Shown here one piece after another: positions 1 to 19,409 of a DNA stretch of 64,000 nucleotides. The notes under the pieces are model-generated. The model ran no database searches. It was not told the DNA's origin and worked only from the letters and a program-made list of their open reading frames with translations. Position numbers and translations under genes: made by a program. Source of the DNA: Trichosphaerium sp. ATCC 40318 (taxonomy: Eukaryota; Protista; Tubulinea); assembly GCA_038496445.1 (NCBI GenBank), contig JALMLS010000168.1, forward strand, positions 1 to 64,000. Reading direction: 5' to 3'. Numbering within the stretch: position 1 is the first letter of the stretch; each line of letters opens with the position of its first letter.

Positions 1-429
1 CTTCTATCGAATGAAAATCAGCTGGATTTTGGCCATCAAAAGCAAAAAAAAAGCCCCAAAAATGGCTATCTCAGCATGTATGCCACCGACACAAATCTAG
101 TTGCTACTACCAACATCGCGGCGGTGTTTTACATAAAAAAAAAGTATTCTATTTTTTCAAAAGGTATTCTCAAGAGTCAGAATCTGCTAAAACATTTGGC
201 ACCTCCGTAGTAGTATCCTAATAACCCTAGCTCAATAGTAGTCAATTGTAAACTTGTAAGGAAAAAAATACACAATGTCAACACAACTCTAGCATAATTT
301 TATGTGTGTATTTAATGCAACATAGTATAGGATGAAGCGCCATATTAATTCAAGCACAAAAATGCCTTCAGCATTTTTGCACCTACCTGCGATGGCCTGT
401 ACAGGATGATATTCGGCGAATAAAAATCA

Positions 430-516
430 CATAGTCCCTAACCCTATGATACGAACCCTAATATGTATTTAGGGTTAGGGTTTGTTGCCCTAATGTATAT
501 TAGGGTTAGGGCTATG
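430..516. repeat. Telomere-like (TTAGGG/CCCTAA) nested inverted repeat
   Basis: catagtccctaacccta (430-446) is nearly the reverse complement of tagggttagggctatg (501-516). Two inner hairpins lie between them: aaccctaatatgtatttagggtt and gccctaatgtatattagggt. Confidence 0.7.
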
Positions 517-645
517 AAAACTACTTCAAGTTAGAGCACAGCCTTAATGTACTTTAGGGATAGGTTTTTTTCTAATGCATGTAGTTTAGTTTGTAGTCAT
601 GCAAATACAATAAGTGAGAACTTTTATGCTTCATTATGATAACAA

Positions 646-1411
646 CAGAGCTAAAACTGGAGTTGGCATTACCTATCAAATGCTGGCATTTGGTTGAAAT
701 CAGGCATAATGAAGCATAAAATAGGCATTTCATGGAACACAAGTAACAACTGCTTATGAAATGCCTGCATTTTTTTGGCATTGCATTAATCAAGCATTTC
801 AAAACATGCCACCCTTGGCATATGTAGGCAATGCCAAAACCCTTTTAGTTCAATGAAGGGATGTTCATGTTTGTATACTTTAAGGTAGGTATATAGGAAA
901 AGTACAATCTCCAAACATCAACAGCAAAAAAAACACTGAACGAAAATGGTGGTCCTATATTAAACGGTACGTAGCGCTCTTAGTATTTCATTAATTCTAA
1001 CGAAACCTAGCTCATTCGAACCGCAGCACCCAAATACACCTGTACATACAGCGAAAGTAAATTGCATGTAATACACAGGCGATCGAAATTATAACAATAC
1101 TTTGGAACTTTTTTTTGTAATTGTACATTGTTGTAACACAAATAAATACAAGTTTGATGCCTTATAAATGCCTATTTTATGCCTGCATTATACCTGAATT
1201 ATGCTTGATTTATGCCCAGCATTTGGAGGGTTAAATGCCTTGTTTATGCTGGAATAGTTGTGAACTGGATTCAAGCATCTAGCAGGCATTTGGTTAAAAA
1301 AAATGCAGTTTTTGGTTGGCATCTACCAGGCATTTGGCCATAAAAAACAGGCATTTAAACAAGCATTTAGTAGGCATTTGTTTTCAAATGCCAACTCCAG
1401 TTTTAGCCCTG
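646..1411. mobile_element. Non-autonomous DNA transposon (MITE), hAT-like CAGGG termini, 5-bp TSD
   Basis: TIR CAGAGCTAAAACTGGAGTTGGCATT (646-670) matches the reverse complement of 1387-1411, CAGGGCTAAAACTGGAGTTGGCATT, at 24/25. AACAA flanks both sides (641-645 and 1412-1416). Many subterminal ATGCC/GGCAT motifs; no convincing ORF. Confidence 0.85.
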
Positions 1412-1890
1412 AACAATTGTTTGTTTGTTATTACTTAGCCATTTTAAATGTTTAAAAGCCCACTCATGACTAATTTAAACTATGTCAAATTTGTAAAACT
1501 ACAACAACAATAAAAACCAATATTAAAAGTTGCAATCATTTTGATGAAATAAAAAACCTGTGCCTCTTCATAGATGTACAAGCCAACCTTTTTTTATTTT
1601 ACAAAATCTGCAACAATGTACCATACATTTGCATCAAGTATTGTAATTGCTAAGTGGTGTCCCATTGGTACATAAACTTGAATAAAACAATTTTGACTTG
1701 AAAAATTTATACAAAAAAAACTATCACATAACACTGTGCAACACAAGTTTATTTGCAATGACAACTTCTGAGAGACCAACAATAAGGACATTTAATGGTT
1801 ATTGTTATCATGTGACAGTCGCTTGTTGGCATGTGCTGCTTTGTTCATATGTATTGTCTGTGGTGGCTCTTTTTAACTCAACATGCTAAC

Positions 1891-2256
1891 TTATGGTTTT
1901 TTGACTTGAAAAGGTCCTTTTGCTGTGGAAGGATCGACAACTTTACCGTTCTGGGTTATAAGAAGTTCGTTCCTTGCAACCAATCTTCTGGCAGCTCTCC
2001 GACCTCGTTCTCGTATAGTGGTGGGCGAAATGACGCCCTCAAACAGCTTCATAACTGATTCAACGTCAGCTTGCTGTTGTCGATTTTTAACAGCGTTCAA
2101 TAGTGCCGTCTCTATTTCAATGTCGTGTGAGTTAGGTTTATTAGATTTACAGGACTTTGAACAAAACTTGATCTCTGCCCAGTTTCTTTCCCATTTCTTA
2201 CGCCAAGTGATCCTCCTGCCGCACGTTAAACATATTTTTGCTAACGTTGATGCCAT
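1891..2256 (-). CDS. DUF2256 + DUF3253 domain protein (intronless)
   Basis: KICLTCGRRITWRKKWERNWAEIKFCSKSCK is the DUF2256 signature. The C-terminal RRAARRLVARNELLITQNGKVVDPSTAKGP is DUF3253-like. Confidence 0.85.
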   Translation of the reverse strand: MASTLAKICLTCGRRITWRKKWERNWAEIKFCSKSCKSNKPNSHDIEIETALLNAVKNRQQQADVESVMKLFEGVISPTTIRERGRRAARRLVARNELLITQNGKVVDPSTAKGPFQVKKP

Positions 2257-2536
2257 TTGATTTCTCCGTCTTCAGTTTACACTTGCTGCGCAAGGTTAAT
2301 TCTCAATACAGTAGTATGTCTCAGTTTGGCGTTAGTGGGCTTGTTTTTGTTAATACGACGCAATGTTTTTATTGGCACGTAGACTAAACGAGAATTGCCC
2401 AATAACACCCAAACAAGCGTTTCTTTCTCCACAGGTGGTGACTACGCGTGCGTAACAAGTTTTTGTACCGGTATGGCGATTTTAACGATGTAAAAAGTAG
2501 TCGAAAGTTCTTTTTGACCAAAGACTATCCTACACG

Positions 2537-3978
2537 ATGGAAATGGCGCCCTTTTTCAATGGTAGTGCGAATAACACTGAACCAACGTATCAAATACTAC
2601 CAGGCAATGAGCAAGACATTTTAGTTATTGTTATAGTTACGACAGCTTGTATGTCGCTACTGGGATCATTATTTATAATTTGCAGGTAAGTGTTAGCTTG
2701 TTTTTCGTTAAAACGTGAAAAAACCCTGACACGCTTAGTATGCTTTATTTTGGACTGCTGAAGCACCTTTCAAGCAGATTGGTATTCTTTCTGACGGTGT
2801 CTGATTTTTTTTTCGCTATTGCTTTTATTCTGAGTTGGCCCAACAAAGACCTGAAATCTAATGACGAAAGCGGTGCGTTTTGTAAAGTGTTAAAACTACG
2901 TCAAGTTCTTCGGCTTGTGTAACGCACGTGTTCTGTTTTCTCAAAAAAAAATTGTGTAGGTCTTTGTTACACGCAAGGAATTGTGATGGCCATATTTGAT
3001 TTAGCCGTTTGCTTATGGACTATTGTCATTGCTTTCAACTTATTCCTTGTTGTTGTAATGCACGTTACTCACTTACGGCATCTTGAGAAATGGTACTTTC
3101 GGTTTTTTCCAGTCTTTTTTGTTGTGCTAATCATATGTTTGCAGGTATCATATATTCGTGTGGACCATGTCAGTCAGTACGTAAACTGTTTTTATAAGAA
3201 TTCCTAAAGAGCGATAGCACTTGCAGTATTACCTATGAGTACACAGGCATATGGAAAGAAAGGGGATCGTAATTACTGGTATGGTAGTAGTGGCTTGAAA
3301 AGCTAGACAGGTTGCTAAGTTAGGCTACATAGGTGCTGGATTAGCGTATACAATAGCAATGATGTGCATGAGGCAGGATTTATATGGCGTCTCGTTGTTT
3401 TTTATGCGCCATTGTATTTGTGCATTGTACTACTTATAGTGATGTACGTTGCGATTTTACGTACAATTTTGAGAACAGCAAAGGTAACATTGATAACGTC
3501 ACTTTTTTGTTACTAACACTGCTTTCTTATCAGCAAGCTAACTACGAGGCCGGTGACAGAAGAAAGCAACAAGTCAATTGGCTTGTCAGGCGCTTGTGGC
3601 TGTACCCACTTGTGTTTGTTCTCATCTGGATCTTTCCAACCATCAATAGAGTCTATCATTCGTTCGTGCACAAGGGAGTACGTCTTTGCTTTCATCACGT
3701 GAAGCGTAATTGCTACGTGTCATGTTGTAAAAGGAATTCATAGTACATAGGACGTTTTCGCCTTATTCATACTGCACAGTCTCTCTGCGCCATTGCTTGG
3801 ATTTGTAAACGCAATAGTTTATGGAACTAGCCATGAACTGAGAACCAAATACAGAGCCGTTTGCCAGAAGTGCGGTATATGTGGGTGCTGCATCTCTCCC
3901 CAAGATCCATACGAATTTGCGGAAACTACTGAGGGATTCACTTCGTTTGAGGAAGAGTCATTGCAGCCAGACTGGTAA
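2537..3978 (+). CDS. cAMP-receptor-like (Dicty_CAR/GCR1 family) 7TM GPCR, multi-exon
   Basis: Spliced translation gives ACMSLLGSLFIICS, RLVFFLTVSDF, LCYTQG, WTIVIAFNL, WCWI, RRLWLYPLVFVLIWIFPTINR and LLGFVNAIVYG. Introns are GT-AG with CTAAC-type branch points. Confidence 0.88.
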
Positions 3979-4127
3979 ATGGACAATAAGAATTGATCTG
4001 CTGATTGAATGTAAAATTAACGACGTGGAATTCCACTGCCTCTCGCCCTTGTAAATTAAAAGTTGTAGATATTGAATTAATAGAAAATTGTTATCGCATC
4101 GTGTTTATTCAAATGTTAACTTCTAGG

Positions 4128-11210
<7,083 letters not shown>

Positions 11211-11629
11211 TATGTATGCTGCATTATGTACAGATGTTATTGTGTAATTAAGCTGTACTTAACTACCATCACTCTTTACTATACTGATAACGCGATGGTG
11301 CCTACAAGCACAGGGACACAGTGTTACCAGCGACGTTGCGTTTATTGAGCCGAAACGGAAAACTAAAATGATAACTCATCGAACCCGCCAAATCGCATGT
11401 CTTTTGCAAGGATACAATAAGTTGTATCAACACGTTCAAAGTTCTTGCGGTTTATTGTAATTCTTCTGTTTTTGGCAATGTTTCGAATGTCAGTTCAACA
11501 AACGTGCTGTCAACAGTTTTTTCGAAAACGTAAATATCTTTAGTGTGAGCTCTAATTTGTGTTAACAGAACACGCTACAGAGTGTAGTACTCTAATAAAC
11601 GATAATCCGTCTTGTTAGACCGATACAAT

Positions 11630-12400
11630 CTTTGGGTTGTGAGATTGATTTTTGTGGATATCCACCATGTAAGAATTGATGCTATACGCGTAGAAATACG
11701 CTTGATAGCTTGTATGTACCACGTACTATGTATTCAAGGCAGCAAAATTGTTTAACGGTTGACACAAATGTAATTCGGTTGCACCGTGCCAAAGCCTTTG
11801 TATGTATTTATTGAGCGTATTTAAACGCAACAGAGGTTCTATAGTTGACATTCAAGCGTTTGGGTGACGTTAAAGGGTGTTCAAGAGAGTACTCAGTTCA
11901 ACATAAACCAATTTGAAAAACAGTTGCACAACAGTTATCACCGTTGGCATGGCTATGCTGTCATAGGTTTTAGTGTAAACTGCATTTTACTCAGCTCAAT
12001 GTAAACCAATTTGAACCAAAGTCACAACTATCTGAATCACCATGGACAGGGCTACAGGTATTGTCTATCCCACAATTTATTTTTATTTGAGTTTTAGGTG
12101 TATAAAAGAAAACGAATTTATCGTGTTATCGTATTTGTAAAAAAGTACCATGAGCACTTATCATGTAAAAATTCTGAATCGATCTCAATGCCCAAAATCT
12201 GTCTTGGATGCGCCAAAGCTATAATGACCCCTGAAATAACTGACTAAGACCGTAACCTGGTAGCCATATCTTTTTGTAAAAGTTACAATGTGTGACACTC
12301 TTACCATTACTCGCAGCTTTCCTTAAGCCAAAGCTTGAACTTCACTGTAACTTGATTAATCTCGTAAGTAAACCAATTCTCACAATTTTCTTACTTCAGA
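11630..12400 (+). repeat. Dispersed intergenic element, copy 1 (core about 11877-12277)
   Basis: Core gtgttcaagagagtactcagttcaac...gtaacctggtagccatatctttttgt is nearly identical to the copies at 23.9, 30.3 and 44.0 kb. Outer limits are approximate. Confidence 0.95.
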
Positions 12401-12497
12401 GAGATTATTACTTTGAACCAAGGTCGTCAACGCAGACAGTTATATGCGCATTTCTTCTAATCAGCAAAATCGCAGCATTAAGAATGCGCAGATAACT

Positions 12498-12900
12498 TTA
12501 CAAGCTTGCTAGCAGTCCTCTCTTTTTACATAAGAGAGACGATGACAAATATTGCACCATTAAATATTTCACAACATGCAACAAGCTGTTGAAACGAGTT
12601 GGTACGGAAGGCTTAGTCACTTCTCTGGCTGTAAGGTAGGCTTCGTTGCAGGAATAGCGTTGATTGATAAAGTACAGGGTGCAAAACGTAGCGTATTCTG
12701 TTCTTATTTGACAAGTGTTTGCCTCTAGAGGATTACATTGTACCAAACAAACTCCTCATTGTTCTGTTTCAACCATTGGACTGTACTCAGAGTTAGCTTT
12801 TTTGGTTTGAGTGATGCCATGAGTTCTGTACATATTTTTTGTATTGCACATAGGAAGCCAAGTCTGAAACTCAGTATGGTGACGGAACAACTTTTTATGT
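12498..12900 (-). pseudogene. Possible decayed hAT-family transposase fragment
   Basis: Minus strand reads KLFRHHTEFQTWLPMCN (resembles the W-x-P-C-x-x-H motif) and later KPSVPTRFNSLLHVVKYL (resembles TRW/FNS). Interrupted by a stop. Confidence 0.3.
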
Positions 12901-13112
12901 CTGGCCGTAAATATCGGGATAACTTTTGTGGGTGAGAAGCACGCTTCAGCTCACATGAGATTTTTTAAAGCTGTGATTCACTCGACACGCGTTGGTACTA
13001 CCCTTTTGATCGTCAGCATGTCAAATAATGAAGAAATGTGGGTTTTGTGCAGTATTTCACGACAAGTGTTTTCAAGGGATTTCAAGTCAACAAAAACAGG
13101 TTACGTGACACG

Positions 13113-16100
13113 ATGATAAAGCCGCAACTCGTCATAGGCGCTGTACTTGTTTTATGCACCCTTTTCCAGGTCGCCACGTATGAAAAGCTTTCCGTTTTAT
13201 CTAAAGTAGTTTCTCAAGCTTTTACTTAGCTCTCAAATCACAGTACCGTTCCCAGAGTATCCAGACTCATTCTCTGTTGGTGTTGAGATAGTAGATCTAC
13301 AAGAGTCAACTACTCAAGCCGTCTACGAAGTGTTTGGTATGTAACAGAGCCGAAAAGCAAAAACCAATTGTTTTTCTGGTTTTTTGGGTTTATCACGTGA
13401 TAGCGCGATATTCCACCTTACCTACGTCTGACTGTTCTGTTTTTAGACTTTCCAAACCAAAGAGAGTACTACCAATCTACAACAAGTTTTGGTACCTTTA
13501 AAATTATAAAAAATTACGCAACGGTATGTAGTATAGTATATTATTATATTATTCGATAGCGCGCTTTTTTTAATCTTATTTTACTTTTTAGAATGAAGCA
13601 TACACAATACGTGACCACACGACTTGTACGGTTCAAGACGTACGTCAGTTAGAGGGAGATGAGAACGCCAAGATGAGAACGGTGGAAGAGCTATTTCTCT
13701 TTGGTCTTGATGCTGTACGATAAAACTTTTTCAAAAACGGTTTCGGTTTTTTTCTGATAATATTCGCTAGGACGTACCAGCAATTTATGTACCTGGCTTC
13801 GATTTTGTAAGAGGGATCCCTGCAAATGTGTTCAAAAGAACCGGTAATTCTACCGTTGATGGTGAGCTAGTAGAGATGCTTGATATCACATACTACTTTC
13901 CTAGACCAGACGAAAATTGGTAACCAACAAAGTTTTTTTGCTTTTCTTTTCACATATTTCTCCCGGTTTACTCACTTTAATTTCAGGCAATATTACCACA
14001 GCGATAACTTTACGCTACCACTGAAGTATGGTTCTTTTGCTTTTCACTTTACCCGCTTTATCTAGAATTCATAACAGACCTAATGGTTTTTTTTAGAGTA
14101 GAAGTTGATACTCACGACGGAGACGCATACGCTGACGCAACCGAGTATAATTTTTTTGGGGCCACACTCAGAGTAGATGATTTTGATTTTCAGGTACTTA
14201 GTTTATAAGGCGTACACGGTTTATCGCGTGTTTCAAGTAAAAAAAAAATCACGTGTTCATTCGAGTTTATTTTTGTTACAGATTGACGATAGGCTCGATT
14301 GTGGATCTCTCCAAACAAGAGAATTACCAACAATACCTCTCCAATGGTCTGCCACGATTGAAATTACCGATTTCGTTGCCAACACAACTCAGACCCTAAG
14401 TACGTCCGGGACAACAATTTTTGTTTGAAAATATTGTACGTAAGCACGTGATTAATTTATTTTTACGCTAGCTGAACATTACGACTATGGCGCAAATGTG
14501 TTTATGTTTGAGTGGCATATGAACCCATCCGCTGACTATACTCAGATATTCCGCTTAGATAAGGTGCGTACCAAGCGCAGCACGTAGTTATTGAAGTGAC
14601 CCTGCTGTTTCAACTACGCACTCTACAAATGGTTGTTCTAACTTGTTTGTCGTAGGGTGCTACTATCAGTCTTACAAGAACTGAAAATGATCACCTTTGT
14701 AAGATATCCAAGCTGGATGGCGCTGGTCTTGATATAACCAATCATACCTACCATCTCAAGACCTCTGCAGACTTGTGGCGGTTTGGAGAGTACAAAAACT
14801 CTTTTCATCTTCTGTTATGTTAAATATTTATGTAGGACATATGGTGAAGAGTACCAAGGTATGACTACTGTCAGAGGCAGAGACGTACATTATTGGAAGT
14901 CCTCCCCACCTGTACAAATCAGAAAACAAATCCAGTTTTATTTTTTTTGCTGTTGGCTCTTTTTTTGACTTCGTTCTCATGTCTTTAGATACGCACTGAC
15001 AGAAATGGCGAGATTGATGTTGTAAGTTACTTCTACTTCCTTGCAGAGCCTTGGTCCATCGGATACGTATTCCCAAATGGAACTGCTATTTCTGAAGCAC
15101 AAGAAGTGCCTGTAAGGTATTCATTTTTATGTCAATCAAAAACTGACCATGCCTCTTCTCTTTCCTGACTCAAAGAGGTTTTTAAAGCACCTTTGGTGTA
15201 CTTGTTACTCTTCGGCGTAATTATTTTTTATCGGATGAATTATTTAGTGATACCTTGAAAACTCTTTACTACTCAATTCTTTGGATGTTGGAATAATTCT
15301 GTTTTTTTTAGAGTTGATATACAAGGACGGCGTAGAGAACCTGCTGGCATTTGGGAACCTATGCATATCGTTTATGACGTAATTAACTTCTTACCATGGT
15401 CAGGAGAAAAAACACACCTCTTCCAGACACCTGATGACTTAGAATGCGAATTCCAAGACTCTCTATCGTGTATGTTGCCTGTCCTTGTTCTTAAACTCAT
15501 TAAAACTAACAACTTTATCATAGTCTCATGCTTACCTGGTTGCGGACAAAATGGTGTTTGCCAAATTGATAAATGTCATTGTAACCCTGGGTACACTGGA
15601 GATTTCTGCCAACTGCTAGAAATCCCAGTACAAACCACTCCTCCTTCACGTATGTCGATTTAATTTATCTATTTTTTTTATTTAAATGTTACTGTGATGA
15701 TCAACCCTCTTTCACGTGAATTTGTCACGTGTTAGAAGAACTTGTTGGCTCATAAGAGCTGGGTTGTTGAGATATTTTTGCAAGTGTAGCGAGTGGATTT
15801 TTTTGTTGACTTGCTGTTTAGTAGCAAGCACAAGTGAAGTAACAAATATTTCATGCAAGGGCCATACTGGAGCTATTATTGCACTTGTTCTATTCTTAAT
15901 ATTCTTTGTTATTATCGCTACAATGGCTTGCTGCGTTCTATGGAGATTGAGAAGGAGATTGAGAATAAAGTACGAATAGCTTCGTTTTTACTTTCTTTGT
16001 TACTAACACATCAAAGGGGAAAATCTAGTGCTTCTGCTTCTCCTGCTAAAGAAGATAAAGAAATGCATGTTGTTGTTGATGAAGATAAAAACGGTGAAAC

Positions 16101-16167
16101 CGGAGATGGAAACGGAGAGAAAAAAGAGGATGATGAGGGTAAACAAGTAGACCTGGAAGAAGAGTAA
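13113..16167 (+). CDS. Type I membrane protein with repeated LolA/ependymin-like domains and an EGF domain
   Basis: Signal peptide MIKPQLVIGAVLVLCTLF; two related units (PEYPDSFSVGVEI...VRGIPANVF and PTIPLQWSATIEI...VRGRDVHYW); EGF CLPGCGQNGVCQIDKCHCNPGYTGDFC; TM GAIIALVLFLIFFVIIATMACCVLW; acidic tail. Confidence 0.7.
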
Positions 16168-16643
16168 GTTGTTTTTATCACAATTTTATTCACCTATGCT
16201 TATTAACTTCCAAATTGTAGTTCACTTTGAGAGCACCTAATTCAAGTACTTATTGTAACAAAGTGTGTAAAAAACTCTCGTTTAAACAGAACGCATTGTG
16301 TTGATGTTGAAAAATAAATAAACACATATTATTTTCCATGTACCTTCGGCTTCCTCGAAAACTCCATCCTGCGTTCCTTCAAAATATCAACAATCGACAA
16401 ACAGAGCAAGAACGAATAGGATAGTAGCCAGAAAACGGGAATTCCCAAACTGAACCACCACAGGGGAATAACTTCTTTTTTTTTTTCATCATGTGTTCAA
16501 CTCATTTTGATTGAATTTTTTATTTTGTCCTTACAGGTAGCATTAAAATTATTCTATTCTTCATTGCGCCCAAATCTGAACTACAGGCGCAAAAACTATA
16601 TTCTCATGAGAAGTCATGAGGAAACTTGTTGTCAAATCAGTCG

Positions 16644-18158
16644 TTACAACTTTGTTGGTGCAACTTTGAGAAGAGATTCTACAAGTTTCGGTACTAACTT
16701 TGGTGAAACAGTTGATGGTCTATTCCTTGCTGGATTCTTTGCTTGCAATACTGTATTAACCATCAAGGGTGGTATACCAGAAACACCATGCAAAGCACCT
16801 GCACAATGAGTAAGATGCTACAATAGCAAATAAAAAAATGGTCCAGAAAAAAAACCTCAAAAGTTGTCTTGTTATTTGCGCTTACCTAGCAGTCCACCTA
16901 CAATCGCTGCATTTGTATCAGTGTCCCCACCTCCAAAAATTATAGTCTCCAAGGCTTCGGCATAAGGTGTCTTCTTCAAGAGGTGTGCAAACGCATGGGT
17001 GAACGCAATACAAATGTATCCTGTTGGTTGTAAGCGTTTACTTCATTTCTGATGTGATGTACCTGCATGAGGATGGAATGCTATTAAATTATCATCACGT
17101 GCATCAATTAACCATTGCTTAACTTCATCACATGCATTAGCGTCAGCCCATGTCTTGGCGACATCAAAAGCGCCTCTAAACGAAAAAAATGTGAGACAAC
17201 TTCTTTGTTTTTCAAAAACTGCTACGTACTGGGCGTCTCCAGGGTTATTAATTAAATGAGCAACTGCTATGCAATACGCTGATACAGAGTCTTTACATGA
17301 TTCATTAGGGTGGGATAAACTACTGTCTTCACGACAAATGAGTGCAATATCTTCTGGTGACAGCTAATGTTAGGTCAGCGATTTTGATGGAATAAATTAA
17401 GAAACAACTACTCAAACTCATACCTTATGACCCCATACTGCCAACGGACTACATCTCATTAAACTACCATTAGATTTGGATAACATAGCAAACTTTGAAG
17501 CTGCAGTCTTACATACTAAGGCAACGTATTACTCAACAAAGAAAATTAGAAATAGAAAAAAACGTGCCTGTAGCATATCCATTTTCTTTGATATGCTTCC
17601 TCCCATGGGTACTCTTGCTCATTCTCCGTCCAGCACCTAGAGTCTGGAATGTCGTAAAGCCCAAATCAAAAGGATCAGAGTCCACCCACTCACAGTACGC
17701 CTTTGCAACCTAAAAAACGGAATATTCAGCAAACGGCTTAACACAACTCGCTTGCAAAGCGTACAGGTTCGATATCCCATTGTGTAAGGTTGCACAAAGC
17801 AGTTGCGAGCGTAATTGTTGCTTCTCCGTCATCTGTGACTTGGCCTTCGATTTTTTGTGACGTTCATAAATAAAAAAGCTGTAGTGTACCTGGACCAAGT
17901 CGCTGAAGGCCTCCACCGCTCAATTTCATTGCTATCTACAAAATCAGTTTCTCTTTAAACCGTACAAAACAACGTACTTTGGTCTCCGATAGCGTTGGTT
18001 TCCTTCCTAGCTTCTCTAACGGCGCACCAGCTGCGTCTCCACAGCACACGCCAAGCATTGACCCAAGAGCTCTTTCAAAGAGTCCACGCTCGTCTATTTC
18101 TTATTGTGGAGTTAGCGCAGCTCAGTAAAGTTACAGACATACGTTGCTGTTCAGCCAT
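16644..18158 (-). CDS. ADP-ribosylglycohydrolase (DraG/ARH family)
   Basis: GSMLGVCCGDAAGAPLE, PGQVTDDGE, SNGSLMRCSPL, SHP and GGDTDTNAAIVGGLLGALHG reconstructed across introns. Confidence 0.92.
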
Positions 18159-18369
18159 TATTCGTTATTTGAAAAAAAAGTACAGTTTACACTAATTGAC
18201 TCGTACCATGAAGAAAGGTAAGCACGTGTGAATGACCTCTCAATATAGCAACAATTACGAGCGAAAACAGCGTATTCGTTTATTGTTTTTAGTGAATGTC
18301 AACAGAGTCTTTAGATTTCATTAAAATCTTCGTATTGACAATATCTAGAACACTAGAGGCTCCAAGTAC

Positions 18370-19409
18370 ATGACGGAGGCTGGATACGGAGCGAATAACG
18401 TTGTAAAGCTAAACGTTGGTGGCACGCGCTTTGAGACATCGCAATCTACGTTACAGAGCCATGGCGAGAATTTTTTAACGTTATTATTACAAAATGCGCA
18501 AAGTGGCAGAGTGCCTGTATTCCAAGACAAAGATGGCTACATCTTCATAGACAGAAGTGGTAGAAAATTTGAAGCAATATTAGAATATTTACGCACAGGT
18601 ACGTGCGAAACGCGTTAATTTCACTTTGATGGACTACGAATACCGTAGAAACTGCGTTAAACCCTTTATACAACACTTTGTTTAAATTCCGTAAAAAAAA
18701 TCATTAAACCGACGTTTTAGATGTCGTTGAAGTACCTCCTGGCGTCACATACTACCAACTGCTAAGAGAGTTTGACTTTTATCAAATAAACGTCAACCAA
18801 CACGCAAATAATGCTAGTAACGACACAACAATAGCAGAGGCAAGAGCGTGCGTATTTTTATCCACTTGGCGCTCTTGATGTGATCATAAAAGCCTGACGC
18901 TGTACTTTATTTTTTCTTATTATTCTGTTTTAGGTTCAACCCAGACGCTGCGCGTTCGTTCTATTGGAATTCTCTGCCAGTTGTTCAAGCCAAAACATGG
19001 TTAGATAATCACTGGCCACGTATGTACGCCCTCTTGAAGACACAACTACAACTTGGGTGCGTGTCAAACATCAAAATAACTTAATTTCACTGAAGGACAT
19101 TTTGACACATGTCACAAAAATGTCGTTCACTTGTCCGACTTGTACTGCAAGAAATTTTAATCTTATATGATTTGTAGGTATACATATATGTCGTATGTTG
19201 ATTTCAATGAGCTTCAAATATTTCAACAGCCTTATCCTGAAGGTGTTGATCGAGATGCTTTTCACGTTGCTTTGGCGAGATGGGTTAAGCGTTTGTATGG
19301 ATTAAAGTTTGATAGACGTCAAGCAAAATGGCAACGAGGTTATGAGAATATGATTAGCCTTGATTTAGGTTTTGATGTTCTATCAGCGCCTGAACATCCT
19401 AGTTTATGA
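18370..19409 (+). CDS. BTB/POZ (KCTD-type) domain protein
   Basis: VVKLNVGGTRFETSQSTL...DKDGYIFIDRSGRKFEAILEYLRT...LLREFDFYQI. Confidence 0.9.

Noticed and set aside
572-802. 76-aa ORF and other short ORFs in 570-1890
   Set aside because: They lie in the MITE or AT-rich spacer and reflect repeated ATGCC motifs; no protein features.
1925-2260. Antisense ORFs (also 6502-6723, 20066-20347, 35324-35692, 61021-61224)
   Set aside because: Shadows of real genes on the opposite strand.
11877-12277. Repeat core as tRNA, rRNA, snRNA or CRISPR array
   Set aside because: No cloverleaf, rRNA or U1/U2/U5/U6 signature and no repeat-spacer periodicity recognised. An Rfam search is still needed.
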